64,000 nucleotides of DNA from Saccostrea echinata (Eukaryota), in NCBI RefSeq assembly GCF_033153115.1, contig NW_026889803.1, forward strand, positions 15,624,001-15,688,000, given 5' to 3'. Below are positions 1-12,987 of this stretch, in pieces. The notes under the pieces were generated by a model. The model was given only the letters and a program-made list of their open reading frames with translations. It was not told the origin of the DNA and did not search any database. Position numbers and translations under genes: made by a program. How positions within the stretch are numbered: position 1 is the stretch's first letter; every line of letters starts with the position of its first letter.

Positions 1-1555
1 GAAAGTTTTGTCGAAGACGTAATTTCTCCTATATATAGGCCTAAATATATACTTGGCAAGTTTCGAGCTTTATAGCTTTGGAACACTTCTAGTATACCGG
101 TCCCTATAAATATGGCGCTAAAATAGGTGCCGCCGAAGGCGGTGTACAATATAATACGATCGCGTGAGCGATCGGCAAAATCGATAAAAAAAGGCCACAA
201 ATTGCAAAATTGAGCCAAAAATCGTGTTCCTTGTAAAAAATTGGGTTTAAAAAACTGGTTTTTAAACACAGTTTTTTAAATGAGAATTAGAAGGTTTCGT
301 AAAATAACGTACTTGTTTAGTAGATAAAACTCCATTTTGCGTTGTTTAGGAATATAGTCACATGATCAGTTTTTGACGTAATCTCATAAATATTCATGAC
401 GTGCGTCACTTGTGTTTTGACGTAATGAAGACTGATGAAGTAGCTGATAGGACTCAAAGTGAAATGCTACTAAAATTGCGAGATTTTTGTGAGAAATGCA
501 GGGATTTAACAAGTGACAACTAATTACTAGTAATTGGTTAATTGAATTGTGCATCACCATTGATTTGAAAGAAAAAATATTCTGAATATGGCCATTAGAA
601 GGTTAGGATATCGAGCTTAAGTAAACGGTAAGTCGCTTTTACCAATTACTTGCCAAAACTTAGCGCACAATATCAGGCATGTTTCAACATTAGACCAAGG
701 CTAATTCATCCAAGTTTCGCAAAACTTTACTGTTCTTCCGGTTCTTTGTAAGCAAAAATTGTATGAATAAGCCCAAAGTGATATAGATGCGAGCATGGGT
801 GAATATGAAAACAGTTACAATATCCGAGCTATACACTAACCCTAATCCGTAGATCGCATACAATGCCATATTTGATTAACGGTTTGTTTAAGTTTTGCAT
901 GTTTCATGCTTTACTCCTAAAAGATGATATATCGGCACGGTTCGACATTAGGCTGATTCATGCAAGTTTTTGGTCACAAAAGGCACTTGGCAGTGCCTTT
1001 TGTAAGCAAAAATTACATGAATTAGCACAAAGTCAGGAAGATTTAAGAGTGGATTTATAAGACAGTTCCAATCTTAAAACAGTATACCCTAACCCTAATC
1101 ACTCGATCGAATGCGTTTTGTTGAAGCGAGGGGAAAATGGCGGTTTGTTTACATTCTGCATAGCAACGGCAAGGGAAATAACTGCTCATGCGCAATCGCG
1201 TGATTCTGGGGACCGGCATACTAGAAACTTCCCATAGCTTTTTTGGACGTCGATAAGTACAGAGCATTCCCGAACGTGCGTGACGTCATTACCTCACTGA
1301 CGGCAATGTACGGAAAATTACGAATAATGATGGATCCCCTTCCGAAGTGGCTGCCATTTTGACAATGTTAAATCCCCGTAGACTTTGAATTTGCCGCCGT
1401 GTCAATACACTGGTTGACCTCGAGGGTTCGTATAAATGCAGGAAGTTTGGAAAAAAATCAATCTACCGATTGAACCTAGGTTGAAAGCCAAGGTATTTAT
1501 ATATTTTGAGATAACTTGCAAAAAGTAGTGACGTTCCGGCCGTGGGACAGACTAT
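1..1555. mobile_element. Probable non-autonomous DNA element, right part only
   Basis: CpG-richer block ending ...CCGTGGGACAGACTA (TAG-type terminus when reversed); internal diverged direct repeat ~680-860 vs ~935-1110, each with CTAACCCTAA. Confidence 0.35.
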
Positions 1556-2743
1556 AGAATGTTTCGTCTCTAGAAAATAAATGAAAAAGAAAATATAGAA
1601 TGAACATTCCTGATTATCTTTTATAAATTTCTAAGCCACTGCATGTTGTAAAATAGTTCTTCGATGTGCTTTATTAATTTCCTTATAAAAAGAAATAACC
1701 AGAAGTTCCTGTTGAAGCTTACCACTGGAGTCATTGTTCGGGTTTTCGTTTTTGACAAATAGTCTAACAGACTTGACTTTAGACACTGATCAATTGATTT
1801 GTTCCCGAATCTCTCCATCGTTTCAAGATTATAGCTGTTGTACAGTCTCAGATTATCCCAAATGTATTCTGGACTTGTAACAGAAATGCTTTGTGACGTT
1901 AGTCTGTTATGATGTTTTTTCATTATGACGTCATCGTATTGACTCCCTCTAACCCGATGTTACGAATAAAAAAATCTTCACTTCATGAAGACTTATTTAA
2001 TATTTTTTGTTTAGGACAGGTATTCTACGTAGATTATGTAAATTCTCTTAAAAAGATTTGACCTGTTAGGCACTCCATCCTAACCAAAGTTGGGATGATG
2101 GGAAAAGTTGAATTCACATATGAAGATTCTTGCATATTATTATATAATATATGACTTTAGTTATGGTCTTAAAAAGATAATAGTTTCTACAAGTTTTATT
2201 GCCTACCTAGCATTGTAACGCTACAGTAGCCACAGGAATCATGCTATAAACAAATATTATTCTAGATACCAAGGTAATATATGTATAATCATGCTAATAA
2301 ATCTATTTATTTTCATGACGTGACTTCAGTGTCCCTGCTTTTCTTGCTAAGGACATGGATTGGAAGCCCAGTTTTAGAGATCCATCAATGACAGTCACCT
2401 GGTGGACCAACAAAGACGCGGACGAGGTTCACAACAGACCCAATACCAGGGATACTACAAGTGGACCTGTTCACTTTTATCATCTTGTCCTTGTTTTCTA
2501 TACCCAGAATCAATGGACTTTGACTAACTCAGGAAAATCGTGTCCAAAGGAAACATACGAGGGTCGTTCAAAACTTTACGCTTCAGACGTCAGTTAGTAA
2601 TGAAATTTAAAAATAAAATTGCTAAAACTACAATTTTAATTATTTTCTCATAAAATCAATGCTGTTTGTATATTGCTGATGGTGAAACACATAAATGAAT
2701 GTTTAATTGTTTTTTTTTTTTTTTTACACGTCGGCTCTATAAA

Positions 2744-5011
2744 TATATGGAATTCCATATACGACAGCCAACTGCTTACTGCCAGCTGCTCACTGCTTAC
2801 TGCCAACTGCTACTGCTTATAGATGATATTGCCTATATTTTGATGTCTTAGTATCTTTAATACGCATGCTTGAATAAATACTATGACATATTTGAATGAT
2901 TCTTTTATATTTATGTAGAAATTTATGTGAATTTTCATAAAAAATAACTTATTTGGAAAATCGAAGAGAGTTATGTCTATAATTTTGGTAAAACTTGTGT
3001 TTATCACTATACAAATCAACGGAAAACGGATATTTATTTTCACCCCCTCCCCCCCCCCCCCTTTTTGAAACAACAATATGTTTTTAAAGGTATTATGAAT
3101 TGCTATTTTCGAACTCATACCAAAGGGTTTTTGGTTGTTTCCCGGGGGAGGGGGGTATGTTTTTTATTACAAAAACAGTAAAAATAGTTACATGTATTTT
3201 ATTACCAATTTCAAATGAGATAACAAGTAAGAAATGTACTTTATTAATCTGATATGTATCGTCTCAAGCCACGATTTGGAGTCTGCATATAGCTCTTTCC
3301 AGGACGGGAAAGGATCATAAATTTTAGCCGTTGTTTGCGACGATGTCTGATATGTTGAATTTTACATAAGTTAAACATTAATGGTCATTTATCCATTTCA
3401 ATGAGAATTTGAAAATCTGGTGATGTTTTGAAGCCTGATTTCAATTGATAAAATTTTCTAAACCCCCCTCTCCCCACCTTACGAAAGGAGTTGTAAATAA
3501 GAGCAATTAACTTTTTGACACTGGTTTTAAAATTATCAATCCATTACTAATGAACTTTTCTATGCATTCAAACAAGATTTAATGGCCAAATGGATGTGAA
3601 ATGTAAACGGGTATTAGTGTTAGCGTGTGTAGTCCTTACAATATTTTTTTTTAAAATGCTGATTAAGGAACTTTGACGGGGAGGGAGAAGTAAATTGAAA
3701 GAATTAGTATTTCCTCTTAAAAATAAAACATTTAATTCCCACATTTCCTCGCTTGCAAATAATTCAATAGCTGTTTTGACGTGGCGGGGGGGGGGGGGGG
3801 GGGGGGGAGGGGGGTCACATACGACAAAAGAACAAACCTCTCGTAGGATCTTAATAATTTGGAGGTAACATTTGTTGATATATGTATTTATACTAGAAAT
3901 ATTACTGAAAATTATAAAAACATAACTTTTGCCTAAGGTAATATATCTAGTAAAATTTTTAGTGCTTCTTTTACGCCCTTCTTTTACCCTATGAAAGGTA
4001 CCAGTATTTGTGTTTTTATACATATCTTATTTAAATCGTTTTAATGGATAATCTTACATTTGTAAAAACATTGGTGGTGGTGGTGGTTGTGGGTGTCCCA
4101 ATCAAGTTGCCAACATATAATACACAGTAGTGCTCCCTTAATAATAGCGCCTGTGACCTTATTTATTAAGGATTTCTGTTGGGTTGTCAAGCCCCCCTCC
4201 CCCGGAAATTGATTTTTGCCTGAGGTCAACTTGTTTTCACATGGAATAAAATTAATGCATTGTATTATGATTTTTCATTAGCATTTCTTGTATAAATGCG
4301 TATACCAACAAATATTACTCAGGATCATACATCCCCATTCTGACGTTATATAAGCCTTCAACCCCCCCCCCCCCTTCGTCAAAAAAGCTATTGAATCATT
4401 TGCCTCCAAGGATATGTAGAAAAAATCCTTCCACCTATTAATCCCCTCCTCGCCTTCACCGTTTCAAAATTCCTGAATCCGCCAATTTTTGTTATTATTG
4501 TAATATTCTTGCTATCATGGAATTTATTCATGCATGCGTATCTGAGCTAAAAAATAAAATACAAGATTGAGTGTAAATTATCATGACATATGTTATTTAT
4601 TTTCAAATTAAAATTTTCACCGGTTTTGAACTTGAATAACCTCATGTTCCCATAGTTAAACTGATTTTAACTGTGCCTGTTAATTAAATGCGGAGTCGGT
4701 AAATAAATCGGTTATTGATTTAAATTCCTTATATCTTTGAAACTGACTTTTAAATTGTGTAAGGAAAGTCCTATTTTTATATAAAGTAATAAAATAAATA
4801 GGAAGCTCTTTTTAATTTTAGTTCGTCTGAACTTATAAAAAATACGCCATATATGACTTTGAAGATATTAAAGATAACAAAACAGGCAATATCTATGAAC
4901 AGTGGCAGTTGGCATTAAGCAGTGAGCAGTTAGCTGTACCAGTGAGCAGAGTGCAGTAAGTAGTGAGCAGTTGGCAGTAAGCAGTTGGCTGTCGTATATG
5001 GAATTCCATAT
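2744..5011. mobile_element. Foldback-like element with palindrome-capped inverted termini (copy 1)
   Basis: Both ends carry ATATGGAATTCCATAT-ACGACAGCCA followed by 7-bp ACTGCYH subrepeats, in inverted orientation. Confidence 0.7.
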
Positions 5012-5624
5012 TTGTGAATATTTTCAAATTCGATGGATAATATATTTTTAAAAAAACAAGTCACAGCTACAACAAATATGCCAGACAATATGGAATTCCA
5101 TATACGAAAGCCAACTGCTTACTGCCAACTGCTCACTGCTTACTGCCAACTGCTACTGCTCATAGATGATATTCCCTGTTTTGTTATCTTCAATATCTTT
5201 AATATCCATGCTCATTTGAATAAACCCTATGATAGATAACAATAATATTAAGGTTCATCGATACTTTGATAAGAGAAATAACTCTTAATGATATAAATGT
5301 CTATACCTTTATAATCTTGTCGAGTTGAAGTGTCTTTTTTGTCCAATTTTGCTCCTCAAGCTATGCTATAATCGTTTGTATTTTACTGAAAAAATACATT
5401 TCTTTTAAGTTCATTAGTACTAATACCCCATTCATACGGCACAATTTGCATACTTCAGTATATTTTACACATATGTAAATTTACTTACATGTGCAATTTT
5501 TGTCGTGTGAACTGATGTGCTCATATGCAAATTCTGCATAATTGAGTAAAATTGCACCTGGTCAGGACAAGGTGCAAATTAATTTTTGCATACACGTTGT
5601 CGCAAATTATTTGCTCCAGTGTCT

Positions 5625-6810
5625 AAAGAGCTAGGCTCACTTTATGCTTAAAATGGTCCTGTCTTTATATCAATTAATTGACTATCACCCTCTGTCCCAT
5701 TTCATATATCAAAATAAAGTAGAGACTTATATAGTGCTTTCATTTCCTATAACAACATTTTTTTTTGAGAATCCAGGTATTGGAAAACAGGCTTTGAGAA
5801 AATGCAATGTTCTTGAATTTTGCAGAAAACATGCGAATTTGAATACCTTCAGCAAAGAATTAAGATATGAGCACAGTCCACGATCCAAAAATTAAAACAT
5901 GTTTTGAGATCTTCAGAAACAGATCTTTCATTATGTAATTGCATATTTTGGATCAGAGGTTGTGCTCTATATGAAATATTGAAAAAATAACTCAACTTTT
6001 GGCCATTTTTAAGGGAAATTACCAGATATGGGAAAAATGACGCATTTTATGACGTCATGATGCTTTGACTAGAGAGAAAATTACGTCATGTTCAATAGAT
6101 GCATTGTCAACAAGTTATAAATACTGTATTTTCAACCAAAATTGAGCAGTTTCGATTTTACAGAAATTCTCAGGGCCAAAAAAGGCCCTAAGTGGCTCCT
6201 GCTCTTTTGTCGTATGAACATGCAGCAAAGAGCTAGGTTTACTTTACGCATAAAATGGCCTTGTAAATATACCAATTTATTGACTAATACCCCGTGTACC
6301 ATTTTCAACATTATTATAAAGTAGAAACTTAGTGCTTTCAGTTTATACAACAGAATTCCTTTGAAAAGTCCAGGCATTGAAAAACAGGTTGTGTGAAATT
6401 GCAATGTTATTGAATTTCGCAGAAAACAGGTGTTTTTGAGAACCTTCAGCAAAGAATCAAAATATGAGCACATCCCTCGATCCAAAAATTAAAATATGTT
6501 TTACAATCTTCATTAATAGTTCTTTTATAATATATTTACACATTTTGGATCGAAGTTGTGCTGTATATGAAATATTGAAAAATGGCATCATAATTTGGCT
6601 ATTTTTGAAGAAATATTCAGGATATGTGAATAATGACGCAATTCATGACGTCATAATGCATTGACTAGAAAGAAAATTATGTCATTTTCAGTAGATATTC
6701 ATTCACAAAGTGCTCAAGTATTATTTATTGCCTTGTTGACTAAAACTATACAGTTTTGAATTTTCAGAAATTCACAGGGCCAAAAAAGGCCCTAGGTGGC
6801 TCTTGCTCTT
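5625..6810. mobile_element. Two tandem ~580 bp MITE-like units (5625-6205, 6227-6810)
   Basis: Diverged direct duplicates, each bounded by AAGAGCTAGG ... CYTGCTCTT. Confidence 0.6.
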
Positions 6811-7349
6811 TTTCGTCTTGTGTATTTCATCAGTCTACATTTTAAGCATTGCTACTGTTATGTATGCATTGGAGTGTAAAACATCAATCGGTAACAAGGC
6901 GGCTAGAAAGCAAAGCTCTAAAAATGCTAATTTTCAATGGTATTCTTGCTCTACTTAAACTATAGTTGAAAGTGAATTTTAGTTTTTGTAAGGGTAGATC
7001 TGTTGGTGTATGGCTTCAAAAGGCAAGTCTTCAAAGGATACGCTGGGTGGCCGAGAAGTACTACTGTTTAGCATAGTACTTTATCCTAGTTGCTTTCTCC
7101 ACTCTGGAAACAAGGAGCCATTATCTCCTCTGAAATAAATTTTTGAATTTGCAAAAAAGCGGGTATCATGAATCTCTAAAGTTGCAAACACCCTGCAGAT
7201 TCAATGAGTAGAACCCCTTCCTGTTCAAGAAGTCTCCATGTGAATGCTTAGGAGGAATGATTGGAATATGCGTGCATCAATCACCCCACCACAGTTTAGC
7301 CCTTCATGACATTCTTCATTCTTTTTAAGTTTTTAAACTGAGGCAGGCT

Positions 7350-8333
7350 ACTGACAGATAAGTTGATGTTACAGGGATATCAAACCTCGTTTAAAGTCAG
7401 CATTTTGTAAATATTTCGTATGAAGTATTTTCCCTTCGTGTTATTTCCCTTGGCCACCATCTTGGTGGTCAAACTTGTAAATTTTCCTTTTTGACCAACC
7501 AATTTTAAAATTTGTATGGCTAATCACTAAACTTATGAATTGAAGGAACCTTTTGTTAAAAACATATTTGTAAGAAAAAATGTTTTCCTTGCCTCATTGT
7601 CCAGTATGACAAATTTAAACTGGTTGTATAATGTAGGAATCTGGGCTTGTTGACGTTCAATATGGAGACCCACGGAAAATAACTATATATGGTGACTATA
7701 ATGATTGATTGATTGTATGTTGTTTTACATCTCATTCGAGATTTTTTCACTTATATAGAGACGTAACCATATACCGGTGAAGGGCTTCAAAATTTGACCT
7801 TTACTCAGCACCTAGGGTCATTGAGCAGTGAGGGATCTTTATCGTGCCAACGCCTGCCGTGACACAAGGCCTCGGTTTTTAAGGTCTCATCGAAAGGACC
7901 CGCAACTTTCACTTCAAAGCGCCGAACGCATGGCGAAGGAACAGTTGCTACCTATTTTTCATCGACTTAGGTCAGTTGCGGCAGAGATTCAAACTCACGA
8001 CCTTACGATCACGGAGCTAGCGCTCCGTGAACGATATGAGTATAATGATATTGTTAGCAAATATAACCTATCTCTGGGTCGTATTTTGGCTGACTTGTCT
8101 CATACCAATTGTTAGGATTTTATACTAATTTGACTATGGAATGTTCCGTCTACCTGATCATTACATAGGTCTCATGGAGGGTGTGACCGGTAGACAGGGG
8201 GTGCTTACTCCTTCTGGACACCTGATCCCACCTCTGGACTTACCAGGGGTCCGTGTTTATTCCCTCTTCACATATTTGTTTTGTTTAAAGATTTTTGAGA
8301 TCGATCACAGTTTGTTATCTTCAACATTTTCAT
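7350..8333 (+). mobile_element. 3' fragment of Penelope-like retroelement, interrupted at ~7420-8035
   Basis: LTDKLMLQGYQ...RLKSAFCK at 7350-7410 continues as YNDIVSKYNLSLGRILADLSHTNC* at 8041-8115, then the family 3' UTR also seen at 46.5 and 47.4 kb. Confidence 0.75.
7703..8033 (-). mobile_element. tRNA-derived SINE copy
   Basis: Homologous along its length to the 36150-36481 copy; (AATC)n tail. Confidence 0.85.
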
Positions 8334-9397
8334 TCTCTTTCTATAAAAAAAATAACCCATTCTTCAAGCAGATGTTCCATAATGGCCTCGCAAACTTGAT
8401 GTTCGCAATCAAACAAGGTAGATTTCCCAACACCAAAAAGATTTCAAATCGTCCTTTATTCCGCTAACCATTAGATAGTAACAGCAACTTTTTTCTTTAT
8501 ATCAAACGGCTCTTCTACAGTCTTTGGTTGGGACCAAAGCATTTTTCAACTTTTCACAAAGTTTTAAGAAATTTTCCTTCTTTTTTCGAAAACTCTCATA
8601 CCAATCTTCGTTAAGAACGATTCGCTCCACCAATCAAGGATCTGACTTTTCTTCTAGTTTCTTTCTGGAACATCCAAAAGTTAGTCCTTTACCCAAATGG
8701 TAAGGAAATACCCCTTTTCTATGAAAATTCACAATTCTGAATCTGTCCATCTCCTTTTCTTAAATGACAATATGAAGGTTTATTTACAGTACATAAAACT
8801 CGTCTGAACGCATAGCAAATTAACTTTTACTTATGTGTGTAAATTAACTCATGTGTAAATTTGCACACAGAAGTAAATTTTCCTCGTATGAATGGTGCAT
8901 AAGTTCTAATTTAAAAGACCAGTGACAAAAATTTAATTGCTATTATTTACAATTCCTTTCATAAGGGGGTAGAAAATTTTATCAATTGAAATCAGGCTGA
9001 AAACATCACCAGATTTTGAAATACTCATGGAAATGGATATAAGTGATTCTTAAATCTCACCGTATATTTAACTTATGTAAAATTCAACATATGAGATTGA
9101 GAAAGTGATAAAGTATATTTTTTATTTATTATCTCATTTGAAATTGGTAATAAAATGACTATTTTCCTGTTTTTAATCTTAAAACACCTCCCCCACCCCC
9201 CTGTGAGACAACAAAACCTTTGGAATGATTTTATGAAATAACGTTCTCAATTCATAAAAACTGAAAAAAGGATTTGTTGTTTCGCGGGAAAAGATGTTTT
9301 GAAAATCAGTTTCCATTTTCCGTTAATTTCTTTAGTGAAATTTTTTCTCAAATTAAAGACTTATATCTCTTTGTTTTCCCAAATAAGTTATGTTTTA

Positions 9398-9729
9398 CAT
9401 GCGCGGATCTAGAGGGGGATCCGGACCCACCCCCCCCCCATCTGGAATATGTAGAGTTATTTAATGCATATACTAAACCAACTAAAAGTGACCTTGGACA
9501 CCCCCCCCCCCTAGAAAACGCGGATCCTCGTTAAGTTGGTATGAAAATTCATCGATATGAAGATATGAAGCATAAGAAGCCACTCCCATCACCATCGCCA
9601 CGACGAAATAGATTTTTCAGGTTTTGGAAAGGAGTTTACGTTTTTTTGTTCTTGTCAAGAAATTTCTGGGTTAAATTCTTTTTTACTGGGGTGAACCCCT
9701 CCTGGGAAAAAATCCTGAATCCGCGCCTG
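9398..9729. mobile_element. MITE with GCGCGGAT... inverted termini
   Basis: CATGCGCGGATCTAG ... CTGAATCCGCGCCTG with internal poly-C tracts. Confidence 0.55.
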
Positions 9730-11287
9730 GTTTTATGAAAATTTACATAAATATCAATATAAATATGAAAATTCAAATATGTGTGGCAGTTGGCAATAAG
9801 CAGTGAGTAGTTGGCAGTAAGCAGTGAGCAGTTGGCAGTAAGCAGTTGGCTGTCGTATATGGAATTCCATACACAAATAATGTGTTTTATTTTCATAAAT
9901 AATTTTTTAGTAAAAAAAAAAAATTAAAATGTCCAGCTTGCTTTTGTTTTCATAATTTATTAGATATTCATTTTATGCATGTATCAATAGCAAATTTTTA
10001 ACTCTAAAACATCTTATTTGCAATCAATTTTTTCATTTTCTATGAAAAATTGGAAAAAATTCTTATAAAATAATTTAGAGCTTATATATATCGGCCTTTT
10101 AATGCTAAAACCATAGTTTAAAGGGGATGTCTTAAAGATTTATAAAATAAAATTTTGATGTGGCATTCCTCCTTAAATTCTTCCCTCAGACTTAGAATTG
10201 AATGCTTATTTCAAGTGTTTAACGAATTATAAACTTTATAATGTTATGTACATGTAGATTGAGGATGGTGCCTATGCGCAACAGAGGCAACTTTGTAACA
10301 ATTTTTTAAGCCCACAATTTGCTTGACTCTTTTTTTGTTGTTGATTGAATGGCTCTATTACTTAAGTGAATGATTTTAATTTTCCCAGAATCAATGCTAG
10401 GACCTGTAATAAGGTGAACATTAACTCAAATTAAACGTTGATAGCCCAACAGTTAATAATTTAACAATGCCCATTCAAAACCGTTAAGTGGAAATCTATT
10501 GTTAGCAGAGTAGAACCATGCAACAAGTAAATATTATACACAGTTTTATTAACAGTACGTGTTTGAACAAACACCAAACGAACATTTATATGCAATAAGA
10601 AAATATGAAATACCGGGTAATGCGTAGAACAACGAGTGAGTCATGATGCAAGTATATTTTGGTAAACATTGAACGCAACGACACGATGTCTGAACAAGAC
10701 AAAAATTTGGAAAATATAGTAAACTGAAAGCATACAAGGGAAAAGGATAGTGAATGTCAAACCCTTATTACATACTAGATCAAATAAAGGATATTTATAG
10801 ACCTCTTCTCTGAAATTGGATAGTTTAGGGCGTTAGCCGCAGATCTATTTTTCATAACCGTACAACAAATAATATCCAACTTAGATTTCAAGTTGACATA
10901 TGTTCCTTGCATGTAAGTAAGTATATAAATATTGTTTTCCAAGCATATAAAATTAAATGCGCAAACATATAAAGCAATGATGTGAACTGGGAAGCAGTAT
11001 TTTCTGTTATTTGAAATTATCGCCCTTACAATTTTAAATTACATTCATTTTTTTTGCAAATATAAACAATTCTGCCAAATCCATTTTAAAGTAAAAAGAT
11101 CAAGAATAAACATTTTATAATTTCTTTCATAATAACGGTAAGAATTTTGTCTTTATTCTCGAATAAGTATTTTTCCATTATTTTTATTATAAATAACTTT
11201 GAAACATCTATGTATTATGTATATGTATTAGTTTTTTTCACAAGGCCTAAGAATATTTGAGTCAGACTGTCAAAAAATAAAAAAAAA

Positions 11288-11674
11288 AGAGAGAGGGAGA
11301 TAGTGGGGAGATAGAATGGAGAGAGAGAAAGAAAGTAGAGAGAGAGAGAGAGAGAGGAGGGAGTGGGGTGAGGGAGAGAGAGGGAGTGGTGTGAGGGAGA
11401 GAGAGAGTGGAGGAGGGAGTGGGGTGAGAGAGAGAGTGTGGGGAGAGAGGGAGTGGGGAGAGAGGGAGTGGGGTGAGAGAGAGAGAGTGTGGGGAGAGAG
11501 AGTGTGGGGAGAGAGGGAGTGGGGAGAGAGAGGGGTGAGGGAGAGAGTGGAGGAGGGAGTGGGGTTGGAGAGAGAGTGGAGGGAGTGGGGTGAGGGAGAG
11601 AGAGGGAGTGGGGTGAGGGAGAGAGAGAGTGTGTAGGAGGGAGTGGGGTGAGAGAGAGAGAGTGGGGTGAGAGA

Positions 11675-11722
<48 letters not shown>

Positions 11723-11861
11723 GGAGTGGGTGGGGTGAGAGAGAGAGAGGAGGGAGTGGGTGGGGAGAGAGAGAGAGGAGGGAGTGGGTGGGGAGAGAGA
11801 GTGGGGTGAGAGAGAGAGAGGAGGGAGTGGGTGGGGAGAGGGAGTGGGGAGAGAGGGAGTG

Positions 11862-11896
<35 letters not shown>

Positions 11897-12162
11897 GTGA
11901 GGGAGAGAGTGGAGGAGGGAGTGGGGTTGGAGAGAGAGTGGGGTGAGAGGGGGAGAGAGAGAGAGAGAGGAGGGAGTGGGTGGGGTGAGAGAGAGAGAGG
12001 AGGGACTGGGTGGGGAGAGAGAGTGGGGTGAGAGAGAGAGAGAGGAGGGAGTGGGTGGGGAGAGAGAGTGGGGTGAGAGAGAGGAGGGAGTGGGTGGGGA
12101 GAGAGAGGGAGTGGGGTGAGGGAGAGAGAGAGAGGAGGGAGTGGGTGGGGAGAGAGAGAGTG
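11288..12162 (+). repeat. Purine-rich GA/GGGAGTGGGG compound micro/minisatellite
   Basis: ~870 bp of GAGAGA runs and GGGAGTGGGG motifs, almost no C on the plus strand. Confidence 0.95.
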
Positions 12163-12778
12163 AGTGCATAGACTTCAAAGCAATCTTTGTTAATTAATTA
12201 CTGCTCAGTAAATTACATTTTTGAAACTTTCTCTTGGTAAATCCTTTTGTACTATAAAATACTTTAATTTAATATCACAGTATTATGTACATGATGGACA
12301 TTTAAGGATAGAGAATTTGGTCCTATTAGGGATGGAAAACCTTAATATGATAAATCAAAGAAAGCGCATAGTCAAAGAACATCATTATAGCCTTGTTATG
12401 TTTTCCTTTAATCCTTAATAGGGATAAACCACCTTGTATTATTTATGTAAAGTATAGTAATACATTTTAATTTTGTTATTTAAACTTTACAGCTTTTAGA
12501 AATGAACACTTCATATCATAAGACTGTGTAATTTTAATGTATTTGCCTAACAAAAATTTCCTAAGAAAACCATGTTTTATCAAAAAATGACACATGTTCA
12601 TTATTCTACGGTGTCATTTTTCTACAATCCGTACGGAAAAGAATGACCCAAAGGCCATAATCTCTACGAAAACGTGGGTCATTTTTCTACGTAGAATATT
12701 AACCAGGGGGTCAAATTTCATAGAAAAATGATCCCTGGTCAATATTCTACGGGGTTCACTTTTCGACGTTACACCGGC

Positions 12779-12987
12779 ACTAGAAGTGAGTCACGGGTCT
12801 TTCGGGTGAGATCTTAAAACCCGAGGTCCCATATCACGGTAGGCGTTGGCACGATAAAGAACCCTTACTGCTCAATGGTCCTCAGTGCCGAGTATAAATT
12901 TGAAACCCTTCACCGGTTTATGGTGACGTCTCTATATGAGTAAAAAATTCTCGAATGGGACATTAAACAACATACAATCAATCAATC
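12779..12987 (+). mobile_element. 5'-truncated SINE copy
   Basis: Core TTTCGGGTGAGATCTTAAAACCCGAGGTCCC...GGCACGATAAAGAACCC and CAATCAATCAATC tail match the other copies. Confidence 0.8.

Larger units (their letters stand above)
6850..8770 (-). pseudogene. Decayed Harbinger (HARBI1/DDE_Tnp_4-like) transposase, split by an insertion at ~7350-8333
   Basis: Hand translation across frameshifts gives WYESFRKKKENFLKLCEKL, LFGVGKSTL...QVCEAI, GVID.THIPIIPP...NRKGFYSLNLQGV, HDTRFF, LLGHPAYPL, FNYSLSRAR. Confidence 0.85.
5424..8899 (-). mobile_element. PIF/Harbinger DNA transposon relic
   Basis: TIRs TACCCCATTCATACG / CGTATGAATGGTGCA flanked by a TAA duplication (5421-5423, 8900-8902). The flanks rejoin the host element sequence. 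Contains decayed transposase. Confidence 0.85.
5088..9872. mobile_element. Same palindrome-capped element family (copy 2), host of nested insertions
   Basis: Same termini at 5088 and 9872; internal 8903-9260 is the reverse complement of ~3100-3560 of copy 1. Confidence 0.7.

Noticed and set aside
836-1098. CTAACCCTAA telomere-like motifs
   Set aside because: Under two units each and embedded in a repeat element; not an interstitial telomeric array.
1621-2597. Coding-looking ORFs at 1621-1923 and 2355-2597
   Set aside because: No recognisable motif or exon chain; possibly decayed TE or gene remnants. A BLASTx search would be needed.
11270-12178. 302-aa S/L/P/H-rich ORF and overlapping E/R/G/W ORFs
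   Set aside because: Translations of a GA microsatellite; no splice or domain support.
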